From: Eledone cirrhosa
Lineage: Eukaryota
Reading direction: 5' to 3'
Assembly (NCBI GenBank): GCA_964016885.1
Contig: OZ024745.1
Coordinates: 45,074,001-45,138,000 of the forward strand
Length of the DNA: 64,000 bases
The position numbers and the translations under genes are program-made. Shown in pieces: positions 24,401 to 39,400 of the stretch. Under the pieces are notes generated by a model. It saw only the letters and a list, made by a program, of their open reading frames with translations. It did no database searches and was not told the DNA's origin. Every line of letters starts with the position of its first letter. Position 1 is the stretch's first letter.

Positions 24401-27400
24401 GAGTGAGAGGATTGAGAGAGATAGGTATTGAGAGATATAGAGAGGGGGAGAGTTTGGTAGAGATGAATAGAGTGAGAGGATTGAGAGAGATAGGTATTGA
24501 GAGATATAGAGAGGGGGAGAGTTTGGTAGAGATGAATAGAGTGAGAAGATTGAGAGAGATAGGTATTGAGAGATATAGAGAGGGGGAGAGTTTGGTGGAG
24601 ATGACTAGAGTGAGAGGATCGATAGAGATCGGTATTGAGAGATATAGAGAGGGGGAGAGTTTGGGGGAGATGAATAGAGGGAGAGGATCGATAGAGATCG
24701 GTATTGAGAGATATAGAGAGGGGGAGAGTTTGGTAGAGATGAATAGAGTGAGAGGACTGATAGAGATAGGTATTGAGAGATATAGAGAGGGGGAGAGTTT
24801 GGTAGAGATGAATAGAGTGAGAGGACTGATAGAGATAGGTATTGAGAGATATAGAGAGGGGGAGAGTTTGGTAGAGATGAATAGAGTGAGAGGATCGATA
24901 GGGATAGGTATTGAGAGATATAGAGAGGGGGGAAGTTTGGTGGAGATGAATAGAGTGAGAGGATCGACGGAGATCGGTATTGAGAGATATAGAGAGGGGG
25001 AGAGATTGGTAGAGATGAATAGAGTGAGAGGATCGACAGATATAGGTATTGAGAGATATAGAGAGGGGGAGAGTTTGGTAGAGATGAATAGAGTGAGAGG
25101 ATTGAGAGAGATAGGTATTGAGAGATATAGAGAGGGGGAGAGTTTGGTAGAGATGAATCGAGTGAGAGGATTGAGAGAGATAGGTATTGAGAGATATAGA
25201 GAGGGGGAGAGTTTGGTAGAGATGAATAGAGTGAGAGGATTGAGAGAGATAGGTATTGAGAGATATAGAGAGGGGGAGAGTTTGGTGGAGATGAATAGAG
25301 TGAGAGGATCGATAGAGATCGGTATTGAGAGATATAGAGAGGGGGAGAGTTTGGTGGAGATGAATAGAGTGAGAGGATCGATAGAGATCGGTATTGAGAG
25401 ATATAGAGAGGGGGAGAGTTTGGTGGAGATGAATAGAGTGAGAGGATCGATAGAGATCGGTATTGAGAGATATAGAGAGGGGGAGAGTTTGGTAGAGATG
25501 ACTAGAGTGAGAGGACTGATAGAGATATGTATTGAGAGATATAGAGAGGGGGAGAGTTTGGTAGAGATGAATAGAGTGAGAGGACTGATAGAGATAGGTA
25601 TTGAGAGATATAGAGAGGGGGAGAGTTTGGTAGAGATGAATAGAGTGAGAGGATCGATAGGGATAGGTATTGAGAGATATAGAGAGGGGGGGAGTTTGGT
25701 GGAGATGAATAGAGTGAGAGGATCGATAGAGATCGGTATTGAGAGATATAGAGAGGGGGAGAGTTTGGTAGAGATGAATAGAGTGAGAGGATCGATAGAT
25801 ATAGGTATTGCGAGATATAGAGAGGGGGAGAGTTTGGTAGAGATGAATAGAGTGAGAGGATCGATAGGTATAGGTATTGAGAGATATAGAGAGGGGGAGA
25901 GTTTGGTAGAGATGAATAGAGTGAGGGGATCGATAGAGATAGGTATTGAGAGATATAGAGAGGGGGAGAGTTTGGTAGAGATGAATAGAGTGAGAGGATC
26001 GATAGAGATAGGTATTGAGAGATATAGAGAGGGGGAGAGTTTGGTAGAGATGAATAGAGTGAGAGGATTGAGAGAGATAGGTATTGAGAGATATAGAGAG
26101 GGGGAGAGTTTGGTAGAGATGAATAGAGTGAGAGGACTGATAGAGATAGGTGTTGAGAGATATAGAGAGGGGGAGAGTTTGGTAGAGATGAATAGAGTGA
26201 GAGGATTGAGAGAGATAGGTATTGAGAGATATAGAGAGGGGGAGAGTTTGGTAGAGATGAATAGAGTGAGAGGATTGAGAGAGATAGGTATTGAGAGATA
26301 TAGAGAGGGGGAGAGTTTGGTAGAGATGAATAGAGTGAGAAGATTGAGAGAGATAGGTATTGAGAGATATAGAGAGGGGGAGAGTTTGGTGGAGATGACT
26401 AGAGTGAGAGGATCGATAGAGATCGGTATTGAGAGATATAGAGAGGGGGAGAGTTTGGGGGAGATGAATAGAGGGAGAGGATCGATAGAGATCGGTATTG
26501 AGAGATATAGAGAGGGGGAGAGTTTGGTAGAGATGAATAGAGTGAGAGGACTGATAGAGATAGGTATTGAGAGATATAGAGAGGGGGAGAGTTTGGTAGA
26601 GATGAATAGAGTGAGAGGACTGATAGATATAGGTATTGAGAGATATAGAGAGGGGGAGAGTTTGGTAGAGATGAATAGAGTGAGAGGATCGATAGGGATA
26701 GGTATTGAGAGATATAGAGAGGGGGGAAGTTTGGTGGAGATGAATAGAGTGAGAGGATCGACGGAGATCGGTATTGAGAGATATAGAGAGGGGGAGAGAT
26801 TGGTAGAGATGAATAGAGTGAGAGGACTGATAGAGATAGGTATTGAGAGATATAGAGAGGGGGAGAGTTTGGTGGAGATGAATAGAGTGAGAGGATCGAC
26901 AGATATAGGTATTGAGAGATATAGAGAGGGGGAGAGTTTGGTAGAGATGAATAGGGTGAGAGGATCGATAGGTATAGGTATTGAGAGATATAGAGAGGGG
27001 GAGAGTTTGGTAGAGATGAATAGAGTGAGAGGATCGATAGGTATAGGTATTGAGAGATATAGAGAGGGGGAGAGTTTGGTAGAGATGAATAGAGTGAGAG
27101 GATCGATAGGGATAGGTATTGAGAGATATAGAGAGGGGGAGAGTTTGGTAGAGATGAATAGAGTGAGAGGATTGAGAGAGATAGGTATTGAGAGATATAG
27201 AGAGGGGGAGAGTTTGGTAGAGATGAATAGAGTGAGAGGACTGATAGAGATAGGTATTGAGAGATATAGAGAGGGGGAGAGTTTGGTAGAGATGAATAGA
27301 GTGAGAGGATCGATAGGGATAGGTATTGAGAGATATAGAGAGGGGGAGAGTTTGGTAGAGATGAATAGAGTGAGAGGATTGAGAGAGATAGGTATTGAGA

Positions 27401-30400
27401 GATATAGAGAGGGGGAGAGTTTGGTAGAGATGAATAGAGTGAGAGGATTGAGAGAGATAGGTATTGAGAGATATAGAGGGGGCGAGAGTTTGGTAGAGAT
27501 GAATAGAGTGAGAGGACTGATAGAGATAGGTATTGAGAGATATAGAGAGGGGGAGAGTTTGGTAGAGATGAATAGAGTGAGAGGACTGATAGAGATAGGT
27601 ATTGAGAGATATAGAGAGGGGTAGAGTTTGGTAGAGATGAATAGAGTGAGAGGATCGATAGGGATAGGTATTGAGAGATATAGAGAGGGGGAGAGTTTGG
27701 TAGAGATGAATAGAGTGAGAGGACTGATAGAGATAGGTATTGAGAGATATAGAGAGGGGGAGAGTTTGGTAGAGATGAATAGAGTGAGAGGATCGATAGG
27801 GATAGGTATTGAGAGATATAGAGAGGGGAAGAGTTTGGTAGAGATGAATAGAGTGAGAGGATTGAGAGAGATAGGTATTGAGAGATATAGAGAGGGGGAG
27901 AGTTTGGTAGAGATGAATAGAGTGAGAGGATCGATAGAGATCGGTATTGAGAGATATAGAGAGGGGGAGAGTTTGGTAGAGATGAATAGAGTGAGAGGAT
28001 TGAGAGAGATAGGTATTGAGAGATATAGAGAGGGGGAGAGTTTGGTAGAGATGAATAGAGTGAGAGGATTGAGAGAGATAGGTATTGAGAGATATAGAGA
28101 GGGGGAGAGTTTGGTAGAGATGAATAGAGTGAGAGGATTGAGAGAGATAGGTATTGAGAGATATAGAGGGGGGAGAGTTTGGTAGAGATGAATACAGTGA
28201 GAGGATCGATAGGGATAGGCATTGAGAGATATAGAGAGGGGGAGAGTTTGGTAGAGATGAATAGAGTGAGAGGATTGAGAGAGATAGGTATTGAGAGATA
28301 TAGAGAGGGGGAGAGTTTGGTAGAGATGAATAGAGTGAGAGGATTGAGAGAGATAGGTATTGAGAGATATAGAGAGGGGGAGAGTTTGGTAGAGATGAAT
28401 AGAGTGAGAGGATCGATAGGGATAGGTATTGAGAGATATAGAGAGGGGGAGAGTTTGGTAGAGATGAATAGAGTGAGAGGATTGAGAGAGATAGGTATTG
28501 AGAGATATAGAGAGGGGGAGAGTTTGGTAGAGATGAATAGAGTGAGAGGATTGAGAGAGATAGGTATTGAGAGATATAGAGAGGGGGAGAGTTTGGTAGA
28601 GATGAATAGAGTGAGAGGATTGAGAGAGATAGGTATTGAGAGATATAGAGAGGGGGAGAGTTTGGTAGAGATGAATAGAGTGAGAAGACTGATAGAGATA
28701 GGTATTGAGAGATATAGAGAGGGGGAGAGTTTGGTAGAGAAGAATAGAGTGAGAGGACTGATAGAGATAGGTATTGAGAGATATAGAGAGGGGGAGAGTT
28801 TGGTAGAGATGAATAGAGTGAGAGGATCGATAGAGATCGGTATTGAGAGATATAGAGAGGGGGAGAGTTTGGTGGAGATGAATAGAGTGAGGGGATCGAT
28901 AGAGATCGGTATTGAGAGATATAGAGAGGGGGAGAGTTTGGTGAAGATGAATAGAGTGAGAGGATCGATAGAGATCGGTATTGAGAGATATAGAGAGGGG
29001 GAGAGTTTGGTAGAGATGAATAGAGTGAGAGGACTGATAGAGATATGTATTGAGAGATATAGAGAGGGGGAGAGTTTGGTAGAGATGAATAGACTGAGAG
29101 GACTGATAGAGATAGGTATTGAGAGATATAGAGAGGGGGAGAGTTTGGTAGAGATGAATAGAGTGAGAGGATCGATAGGGATAGGTATTGAGAGATATAG
29201 AGAGGGGGGAGTTTGGTGGAGATGAATAGAGTGAGAGGAACGATAGAGATCGGTATTGAGAGATATAGAGAGGGGGAGAGTTTGGTAGAGATGAATAGAG
29301 TGAGAGGATCGATAGATATAGGTATTGCGAGATATAGAGAGGGGGAGAGTTTGGTAGAGATGAATAGAGTGAGAGGATCGATAGGTATAGGTATTGTGAG
29401 ATATAGAGAGGGGGAGAGTTTGGTAGAGATGAATAGAGTGAGAGGATCGATAGGAATAGGTATTGAGAGATATAGAGAGGGGGAGAGTTTGGTAGAGATG
29501 AATAGAGTGAGAGGATCGATAGAGATAGGTATTGAGAGATATAGAGAGGGGGAGAGTTTGGTAGAGATGAATAGAGTGAGAGGATTGAGAGAAATAGGTA
29601 TTGAGAGATATAGAGAGGGGGAGAGTTTGGTAGAGATGAATAGAGTGAGAAGACTGATAGAGATAGGTATTGACAGATATAGAGAGGGGGATAGTTTGGT
29701 AGAGAAGAATAGAGTGAGAGGACTGATAGAGATAGGTATTGAGAGATATAGAGAGGGGGAGAGTTTGGTAGAGATGAATAGAGTGAGAGGATCGATAGGG
29801 ATAGGTATTGAGAGATATAGAGAGGGGGAGAGTTTGGTAGAGATGAATAGAGTGTGAGGATTGAGAGAGATAGGTATTCAGAGATATAGAGAGGGGGAGA
29901 GTTTGGTAGAGATGAATAGAGTGAGAGGATTGAGAGAGATAGGTATTGAGAGATATAAAGAGGGGGAGAGTTTGGTAGAGATGAATAGAGTGAGAGGACT
30001 GATAGAGATAGGTATTGAGAGATATAGAGAGGGGGAGAGTTTGGTGGAGATGAATAGAGTGAGAGGATTGAGAGAGATAGGTATTGAGAGATATAGAGAG
30101 GGGGAGAGTTTGGTAGAGATGAATAGAGTGAGAGGATTGAGAGAGATAGGTATTGAGAGATATAGAGAGGGGGAGAGTTTGGTAGAGATGAATAGAGTGA
30201 GAGGATTGAGAGAGATAGGTATTGAGAGATATAGAGAGGGGGAGAGTTTGGTAGAGATGAATAGAGTGAGAGGATTGAGAGAGATAGGTATTGAGAGATA
30301 TCGAGAGGGGGAGAGTTTGGTGGAGATGAATAGAGTGAGAGGATCGATAGAGATCGGTATTGAGAGATATAGAGAGGGGGAGAGTTTGGTGGAGATGAAT

Positions 30401-33400
30401 AGAGTGAGAGGATCGATAGAGATCGGTATTGAGAGATATAGAGAGGGGGAGAGTTTGGTGGAGATGAATAGAGTGAGAGGATCGATAGAGATCGGTATTG
30501 AGAGATATAGAGAGGGGGAGAGTTTGGTAGAGATGAATAGAGTGAGAGGATTGAGAGAGATAGGTATTGAGAGATATAGAGAGGGGGAGAGTTTGGTAGA
30601 GATGAATAGAGTGAGAGGATCGAGAGATATAGAGAGGGGGAGAGTTTGTTAGAGATGAATAGAGTGAGAGGATTGAGAGAGATAGGTATTGAGAGATATA
30701 GAGAGGGGGAGAGTTTGGTAGAGATGAATAGAGTGAGAGGACTGATAGAGATAGGTATTGAGAGATATAGAGAGGGGGAGAGTTTGGTAGAGATGAATAG
30801 AGTGAGAGGATTGAGAGAGATAGGTATTGAGAGATATAAAGAGGGGGAGAGTTTGGTAGAGATGAATAGAGTAAGAGGATTGAGAGAGATAGGTATTGAG
30901 AGATATAAAGAGGGGGAGAGTTTGGTAGAGATGAATAGAGTGAGAGGATTGAGAGAGATCGGTATTGAGAGATATAGAGAGGGGGAGAGTTTGGTAGAGA
31001 TGAATAGAGTGAGAGGATTGAGAGAGATAGGTATTGAGAGATATAGAGAGGGAGAGAGTTTGGTAGAGATGAATAGAGTGAGAGGATTGAGAGAGATATG
31101 TATTGAGAGATATAGAGAGGGGGAGAGTTTGGTAGAGATGAATAGAGTGAGAGGACTGATAGAGATAGGTATTGAGAGATATAGAGAGGGGGAGAGTTTG
31201 GTAGAGATGAATAGAGTGAGAGGACTGATAGAGATAGGTATTGAGAGATATAGAGAGGGGGAGAGTTTGGTAGAGATGAATAGAGTGAGAGGACTGATAG
31301 AGATAGGTATTGAGAGATATAGAGAGGGGGAGAGTTTGGTAGAGATGAATAGAGTGAGAGGACTGATAGAGATAGGTATTGAGAGATATAGAGAGGGGGA
31401 GAGTTTGGTAGAGATGAATAGAGTGAGAGAACTGATAGAGATAGGTATTGAGAGATATAGAGAGGGGGAGAGTTTGGTAGAGATGAATAGAGTGAGAGGA
31501 TCGATAGGGATAGGTATTGAGAGATATAGAGAGGGGGAGAGTTTGGTAGAGATGAATAGAGTGAGAGGATTGAGAGAGATAGGTATTGAGAGATATAGAG
31601 AGGGGGAGAGTTTGGTAGAGATGAATAGAGTGAGAAGATTGAGAGAGATAGGTATTGAGAGATATAGAGAGGGGGAGAGTTTGGTAGAAATGAATAGAGT
31701 GAGAGGATTGAGAGAGATAGGTATTGAGAGATATAGAGAGGGGGAGAGTTTGGTAGAGATGAATAGAGTGAGAGGATTGAGAGAGATAGGTATTGAGAGA
31801 TATAGAGAGGGGGAGAGTTTGGTAGAGATGAATAGAGTGAGAGGATCGATAGGGATAGGTATTGAGAGATATAGAGAGGGGGAGAGTTTGGTAGAGATGA
31901 ATAGTGTGAGAGGATTGAGAGAGATAGGTATTGAGAGATATAGAGAGGGGGAGAGTTTGGTAGAGATGAATAGAGTGAGAGGATTGAGAGAGATAGGTAT
32001 TGAGAGATATAGAGAGGGGGAGAGTTTGGTAGAGATGAATAGAGTGAGAAGACTGATAGAGATAGGTATTGAGAGATATAGAGAGGGGGAGAGTTTGGTA
32101 GAGATGAATAGAGTGAGAGGATCGATAGGGATAGGTATTGAGAGATATAGAGAGGAGGAGAATTTGGTAGAGATGAATAGAGTGAGAGGATTGAGAGAGA
32201 TAGGTATTGAGAGATATAGAGAGGGGGAGAGTTTGGTAGAGATGAATAGAGTGAGAGGATCGATAGGGATAGGTATTGAGAGATATAGAGAGGGGGAGAG
32301 TTTGGTAGAGATGAATAGAGTTCGAGGATTGAGAGAGATAGGTATTGAGAGATATAGAGAGGGGGAGAGTTTGGTAGAGATGAATAGAGTGAGAGGATCG
32401 ATAGGAATAGGTATTTAGAGATATAGAGAGGGGGAGAGTTTGGTAGAGATGAATAGAGTGAGGGGATCGATAGAGATAGGTATTGAGAGATATAGAGAGG
32501 GGGAGAGTTTGGTAGAGATGAATAGAGTGAGAGGATCGATAGGGATAGGTATTGAGAGATATAGAGAGGTGGAGAGTTTGGTAGAGATGAATAGAGTTAG
32601 AGGATTGAGAGAGATAGGTATTGAGAGATATAGAGAGGGGGAGAGTTTGGTAGAGATGAATAGAGTGAGAGGACTGATAGAGATAGGTATTGAGAGATAT
32701 AGAGAGGGGGAGAGTTTGGTAGAGATGAATAGAGTGAGAGGATTGAGAGAGATAGGTATTGAGAGATATAGAGAGGGGGAGAGTTTGGTAGAGATGAATA
32801 GAGTGAGAGGATTGAGAGAGATAGGTATTGAGAGATATAGAGAGGGGGAGAGTTTGGTGGAGATGAATAGAGTGAGAGGTTCGATAGAGATCGGTATTGA
32901 GAGATATAGAGAAGGGGGAGAGTTTGGTGGAGATGAATAGAGTGAGAGGATCGATAGAGATCGGTATTGAGAGATATAGAGAGGGGGAGAGTTTGGTGGA
33001 GATGAATAGAGTGAGAGGATCGATAGAGATCGGTATTGAGAGATATAGAGAGGGGGAGAGTTTGGTAGAGATGAATAGAGTGAGAGGACTGATAGAGATA
33101 TGTATTGAGAGATATAGAGAGGGGGAGAGTTTGGTAGAGATGAATAGAGTGAGAGGACTGATAGAGATAGGTATTGAGAGATATAGAGAGGGGGAGAGTT
33201 TGGTAGAGATGAATAGAGTGAGAGGATCGATAGGGATAGGTATTGAGATATATAGAGAGGGGGGGGAGTTTGGTGGAGATGAATAGAGTGAGAGGAACGA
33301 TAGAGATCGGTATTGAGAGATATAGAGAGGGGGAGAGTTTGGTAGAGATGAATAGAGTGAGAGGATCGATAGGAATAGGTATTGAGAGATATAGAGAGGG

Positions 33401-36400
33401 GGAGAGTTTGGTAGATTAATAGAGTGAGAGGATCGATAGAGATAGGTATTGAGAGATATAGAGAGGGGGAGAGTTTGGTAGAGATGAATAGAGTGAGAGG
33501 ATTGAGAGAGATAGGTATTGAGAGATATAGAGAGGGGGAGAGTTTGGTAGAGATGAATAGAGTGAGAAGACTGATAGAGATAGGTATTGAGAGATAGAGA
33601 GAGGGGGAGAGTTTGGTAGAGAAGAATAGAGTGAGAGGACTGATAGAGATAGGTATTGAGAGATATAGAGAGGGGGAGAGTTTGGTAGAGATGAATAGAG
33701 TGAGAGGATCGATAGGGATAGGTATTGAGAGATATAGAGAGGGGGAGAGTTTGGTAGAGATGAATAGAGTGAGAGGATTGAGAGAGATAGGTATTGAGAG
33801 ATATAGAGAGGGGGAGAGTTTGGTAGAGATGAATAGAGTGAGAGGATTGAGAGAGATAGGTATTGAGAGATATAGAGAGGGGGAGAGTTTGGTAGAGATG
33901 AATCGAGTGAGAGGATTGAGAGAGATAGGTATTGAGAGATATAGAGAGGGGGAGAGTTTGGTAGAGATGAATAGAGTGAGAGGATTGAGAGAGATAGGTA
34001 TTGAGAGATATAGAGAGGGGGAGAGTTTGGTGGAGATGAATAGAGTGAGAGGATCGATAGAGATCGGTATTGAGAGATATAGAGAGGGGGAGAGTTTGAT
34101 GGAGATGAATAGAGTGAGAGGATCGATAGAGATCGGTATTGAGAGATATAGAGAGGGGGAGAGTTTGGTGGAGATGAATAGAGTGAGAGGATCGATAGAG
34201 ATCGGTATTGAGAGATATAGAGAGGGGGAGAGTTTGGTAGAGATGACTAGAGTGAGAGGACTGATAGAGATATGTATTGAGAGATATAGAGAGGGGGAGA
34301 GTTTGGTAGAGATGAATAGAGTGAGAGGACTGATAGAGATAGGTATTGAGAGATATAGAGAGGGGGAGAGTTTGGTAGAGATGAATAGAGTGAGAGGATC
34401 GATAGGGATAGGTATTGAGAGATATAGAGAGGGGGGGAGTTTGGTGGAGATGAATAGAGTGAGAGGATCGATAGAGATCGGTATTGAGAGATATAGAGAG
34501 GGGGAGAGTTTGGTAGAGATGAATAGAGTGAGAGGATCGATAGATATAGGTATTGCGAGATATAGAGAGGGGGAGAGTTTGGTAGAGATGAATAGAGTGA
34601 GAGGATCGATAGGTATAGGTATTGAGAGATATAGAGAGGGGGAGAGTTTGGTAGAGATGAATAGAGTGAGGGGATCGATAGAGATAGGTATTGAGAGATA
34701 TAGAGAGGGGGAGAGTTTGGTAGAGATGAATAGAGTGAGAGGATCGATAGAGATAGGTATTGAGAGATATAGAGAGGGGGAGAGTTTGGTAGAGATGAAT
34801 AGAGTGAGAGGATTGAGAGAGATAGGTATTGAGAGATATAGAGAGGGGGAGAGTTTGGTAGAGATGAATAGAGTGAGAGGATTGAGAGAGATAGGTATTG
34901 AGAGATATAGAGAGGGGGAGAGTTTGGTAGAGATGAATAGAGTGAGAAGATTGAGAGAGATAGGTATTGAGAGATATAGAGAGGGGGAGAGTTTGGTGGA
35001 GATGACTAGAGTGAGAGGATCGATAGAGATCGGTATTGAGAGATATAGAGAGGGGGAGAGTTTGGGGGAGATGAATAGAGGGAGAGGATCGATAGAGATC
35101 GGTATTGAGAGATATAGAGAGGGGGAGAGTTTGGTAGAGATGAATAGAGTGAGAGGACTGATAGAGATAGGTATTGAGAGATATAGAGAGGGGGAGAGTT
35201 TGGTAGAGATGAATAGAGTGAGAGGACTGATAGAGATAGGTATTGAGAGATATAGAGAGGGGGAGAGTTTGGTAGAGATGAATAGAGTGAGAGGATCGAT
35301 AGGGATAGGTATTGAGAGATATAGAGAGGGGGAGAGTTTGGTAGAGATGAATAGAGTGAGAGGATCGACGGAGATCGGTATTGAGAGATATAGAGAGGGG
35401 GAGAGATTGGTAGAGATGAATAGAGTGAGAGGATCGACAGATATAGGTATTGAGAGATATAGAGAGGGGGAGAGTTTGGTAGAGATGAATAGGGTGAGAG
35501 GATCGATAGGTATAGGTATTGAGAGATATAGAGAGGGGGAGAGTTTGGTAGAGATGAATAGAGTGAGAGGATCGATAGGGATAGGTATTGAGAGATATAG
35601 AGAGGGGGAGAGTTTGGTAGAGATGAATAGAGTGAGAGGATTGAGAGAGATAGGTATTGAGAGATATAGAGAGGGGGAGAGTTTGGTAGAGATGAATAGA
35701 GTGAGAGGACTGATAGAGATAGGTATTGAGAGATATAGAGAGGGGGAGAGTTTGGTAGAGATGAATAGAGTGAGAGGATCGATAGGGATAGGTATTGAGA
35801 GATATAGAGAGGGGGAGAGTTTGGTAGAGATGAATAGAGTGAGAGGATTGAGAGAGATAGGTATTGAGAGATATAGAGAGGGGGAGAGTTTGGTAGAGAT
35901 GAATAGAGTGAGAGGATTGAGAGAGATAGGCATTGAGAGATATAGAGGGGGCGAGAGTTTGGTAGAGATGAATAGAGTGAGAGGATTGAGAGAGATAGGT
36001 ATTGAGAGATATAGAGAGGGGGAGAGTTTGGTAGAGATGAATAGAGTGAGAAGACTGATAGAGATAGGTATTGAGAGATATAGAGAGGGGTAGAGTTTGG
36101 TAGAGATGAATAGAGTGAGAGGATCGATAGGGATAGGTATTGAGAGATATAGAGAGGGGGAGAGTTTGGTAGAGATGAATAGAGCGAGAGGATTGAGAGA
36201 GATAGGTATTGAGAGATATAGAGAGGGGGAGAGTTTGGTAGAGATGAATAGAGTGAGAGGATTGAGAGAGATAGGTATTGAGAGATATAGAGAGGGGGAG
36301 AGTTTGGTAGAGATGAATAGAGTGAGAGGATTGAGAGAGATAGGTATTGAGAGCTATAGAGAGGGGGAGAGTTTGGTAGAGATGAATAGAGTGAGAAGAC

Positions 36401-39400
36401 TGATAGAGATAGGTATTGAGAGATATAGAGAGGGGGAGAGTTTGGTAGAGATGAATAGAGTGAGAGGACTGATAGAGATAGGTATTGAGAGATATAGAGA
36501 GGGGGAGAGTTTGGTAGAGATGAATAGAGTGAGAGGACTGATAGAGATAGGTATTGAGAGATATAGAGAGGGGGAGAGTTTGGTAGAGATGAATAGAGTG
36601 AGAGGACTGATAGAGATAGGTATTGAGAGATATAGAGAGGGGTAGAGTTTGGTAGAGATGAATAGAGTGAGAGGATCGATAGGGATAGGTATTGAGAGAT
36701 ATAGAGAGGGGGAGAGTTTGGTAGAGATGAATAGAGTGAGAGGACTGATAGAGATAGGTATTGAGAGATATAGAGAGGGGGAGAGTTTGGTAGAGATGAA
36801 TAGAGTGAGAGGATCGATAGAGATCGGTATTGAGAGATATAGAGAGGGGGAGAGTTTGGTAGAGATGAATAGAGTGAGAGGATTGAGAGAGATAGGTATT
36901 GAGAGATATAGAGAGGGGGAGAGTTTGGTAGAGATGAATAGAGTGAGAGGATTGAGAGAGATAGGTATTGAGAGATATAGAGAGGGGGAGAGTTTGGTAG
37001 AGATGAATAGAGTGAGAGGATTGAGAGAGATAGGTATTGAGAGATATAGAGAGGGGGAGAGTTTGGTAGAGATGAATAGAGTGAGAGGATCGATAGAGAT
37101 CGGTATTGAGAGATATAGAGAGGGGGAGAGTTTGGTAGAGATGAATAGAGTGAGAGGATTGAGAGAGATAGGTATTGAGAGATATAGAGAGGGGGAGAGT
37201 TTGGTAGAGATGAATAGAGTGAGAGGATTGAGAGAGATAGGTATTGAGAGATATAGAGAGGGGGAGAGTTTGGTAGAGATGAATAGAGTGAGAGGATTGA
37301 GAGAGATAGGTATTGAGAGATATAGAGGGGGGAGAGTTTGGTAGAGATGAATACAGTGAGAGGATCGATAGGGATAGGCATTGAGAGATATAGAGAGGGG
37401 GAGAGTTTGGTAGAGATGAATAGAGTGAGAGGATTGAGAGAGATAGGTATTGAGAGATATAGAGAGGGGGAGAGTTTGGTAGAGATGAATAGAGTGAGAG
37501 GATTGAGAGAGATAGGTATTGAGAGATATAGAGAGGGGGAGAGTTTGGTAGAGATGAATAGAGTGAGAGGATCGATAGGGATAGGTATTGAGAGATATAG
37601 AGAGGGGGAGAGTTTGGTAGAGATGAACAGAGTGAGAGGATTGAGAGAGATAGGTATTGAGAGATATAGAGAGGGGGAGAGTTTGGTAGAGATGAATAGA
37701 GTGAGAGGATTGAGAGAGATAGGTATTGAGAGATATAGAGAGGGGGAGAGTTTGGTAGAGATGAATAGAGTGAGAGGATTGAGAGAGATAGGTATTGAGA
37801 GATATAGAGAGGGGGAGAGTTTGGTAGAGATGAATAGAGTGAGAAGACTGATAGAGATAGGTATTGAGAGATATAGAGAGGGGGAGAGTTTGGTAGAGAA
37901 GAATAGAGTGAGAGGACTGATAGAGATAGGTATTGAGAGATATAGAGAGGGGGAGAGTTTGGTAGAGATGAATAGAGTGAGAGGATCGATAGAGATCGGT
38001 ATTGAGAGATATAGAGAGGGGGAGAGTTTGGTGGAGATGAATAGAGTGAGGGGATCGATAGAGATCGGTATTGAGAGATATAGAGAGGGGGAGAGTTTGG
38101 TGGAGATGAATAGAGTGAGAGGATCGATAGAGATCGGTATTGAGAGATATAGAGAGGGGGAGAGTTTGGTAGAGATGAATAGAGTGAGAGGACTGATAGA
38201 GATATGTATGGAGAGATATAGAGAGGGGGAGAGTTTGGTAGAGATGAATAGAGTGAGAGGACTGATAGAGATAGGTATTGAGAGATATAGAGAGGGGGAG
38301 AGTTTGGTAGAGATGAATAGAGTGAGAGGATCGATAGGGATAGGTATTGAGAGATATAGAGAGGGGGGAGTTTGGTGGAGATGAATAGAGTGAGAGGAAC
38401 GATAGAGATCGGTATTGAGAGATATAGAGAGGGGGAGAGTTTGGTAGAGATGAATAGAGTGAGAGGATCGATAGATATAGGTATTGCGAGATATAGAGAG
38501 GGGGAGAGTTTGGTAGAGATGAATAGAGTGAGAGGATCGATAGGTATAGGTATTGTGAGATATAGAGAGGGGGAGAGTTTGGTAGAGATGAATAGAGTGA
38601 GAGGATCGATAGGAATAGGTATTGAGAGATATAGAGAGGGGGAGAGTTTGGTAGAGATGAATAGAGTGAGAGGATCGATAGAGATAGGTATTGAGAGATA
38701 TAGAGAGGGGGAGAGTTTGGTAGAGATGAATAGAGTGAGAGGATTGAGAGAAATAGGTATTGAGAGATATAGAGAGGGGGAGAGTTTGGTAGAGATGAAT
38801 AGAGTGAGAAGACTGATAGAGATAGGTATTGACAGATATAGAGAGGGGGATAGTTTGGTAGAGAAGAATAGAGTGAGAGGACTGATAGAGATAGGTATTG
38901 AGAGATATAGAGAGGGGGAGAGTTTGGTAGAGATGAATAGAGTGAGAGGATCGATAGGGATAGGTATTGAGAGATATAGAGAGGGGGAGAGTTTGGTAGA
39001 GATGAATAGAGTGTGAGGATTGAGAGAGATAGGTATTCAGAGATATAGAGAGGGGGAGAGTTTGGTAGAGATGAATAGAGTGAGAGGATTGAGAGAGATA
39101 GGTATTGAGAGATATAGAGAGGGGGAGAGTTTGGTAGAGATGAATAGAGTGAGAGGGTTGAGAGAGATAGGTATTGAGAGATATAGAGAGGGGGAGAGTT
39201 TGGTAGAGATGAATAGAGTGAGAGGATTGAGAGAAATAGGTATTGAGAGATATAGAGAGGGGGAGAGTTTGGTGGAGATGAATAGAGTGAGAGGATCGAT
39301 AGAGATCGGTATTGAGAGATATAGAGAGGGGGAGAGTTTGGTGGAGATGAATAGAGTGAGAGGATCGATAGAGATCGGTATTGAGAGATATAGAGAGGGG

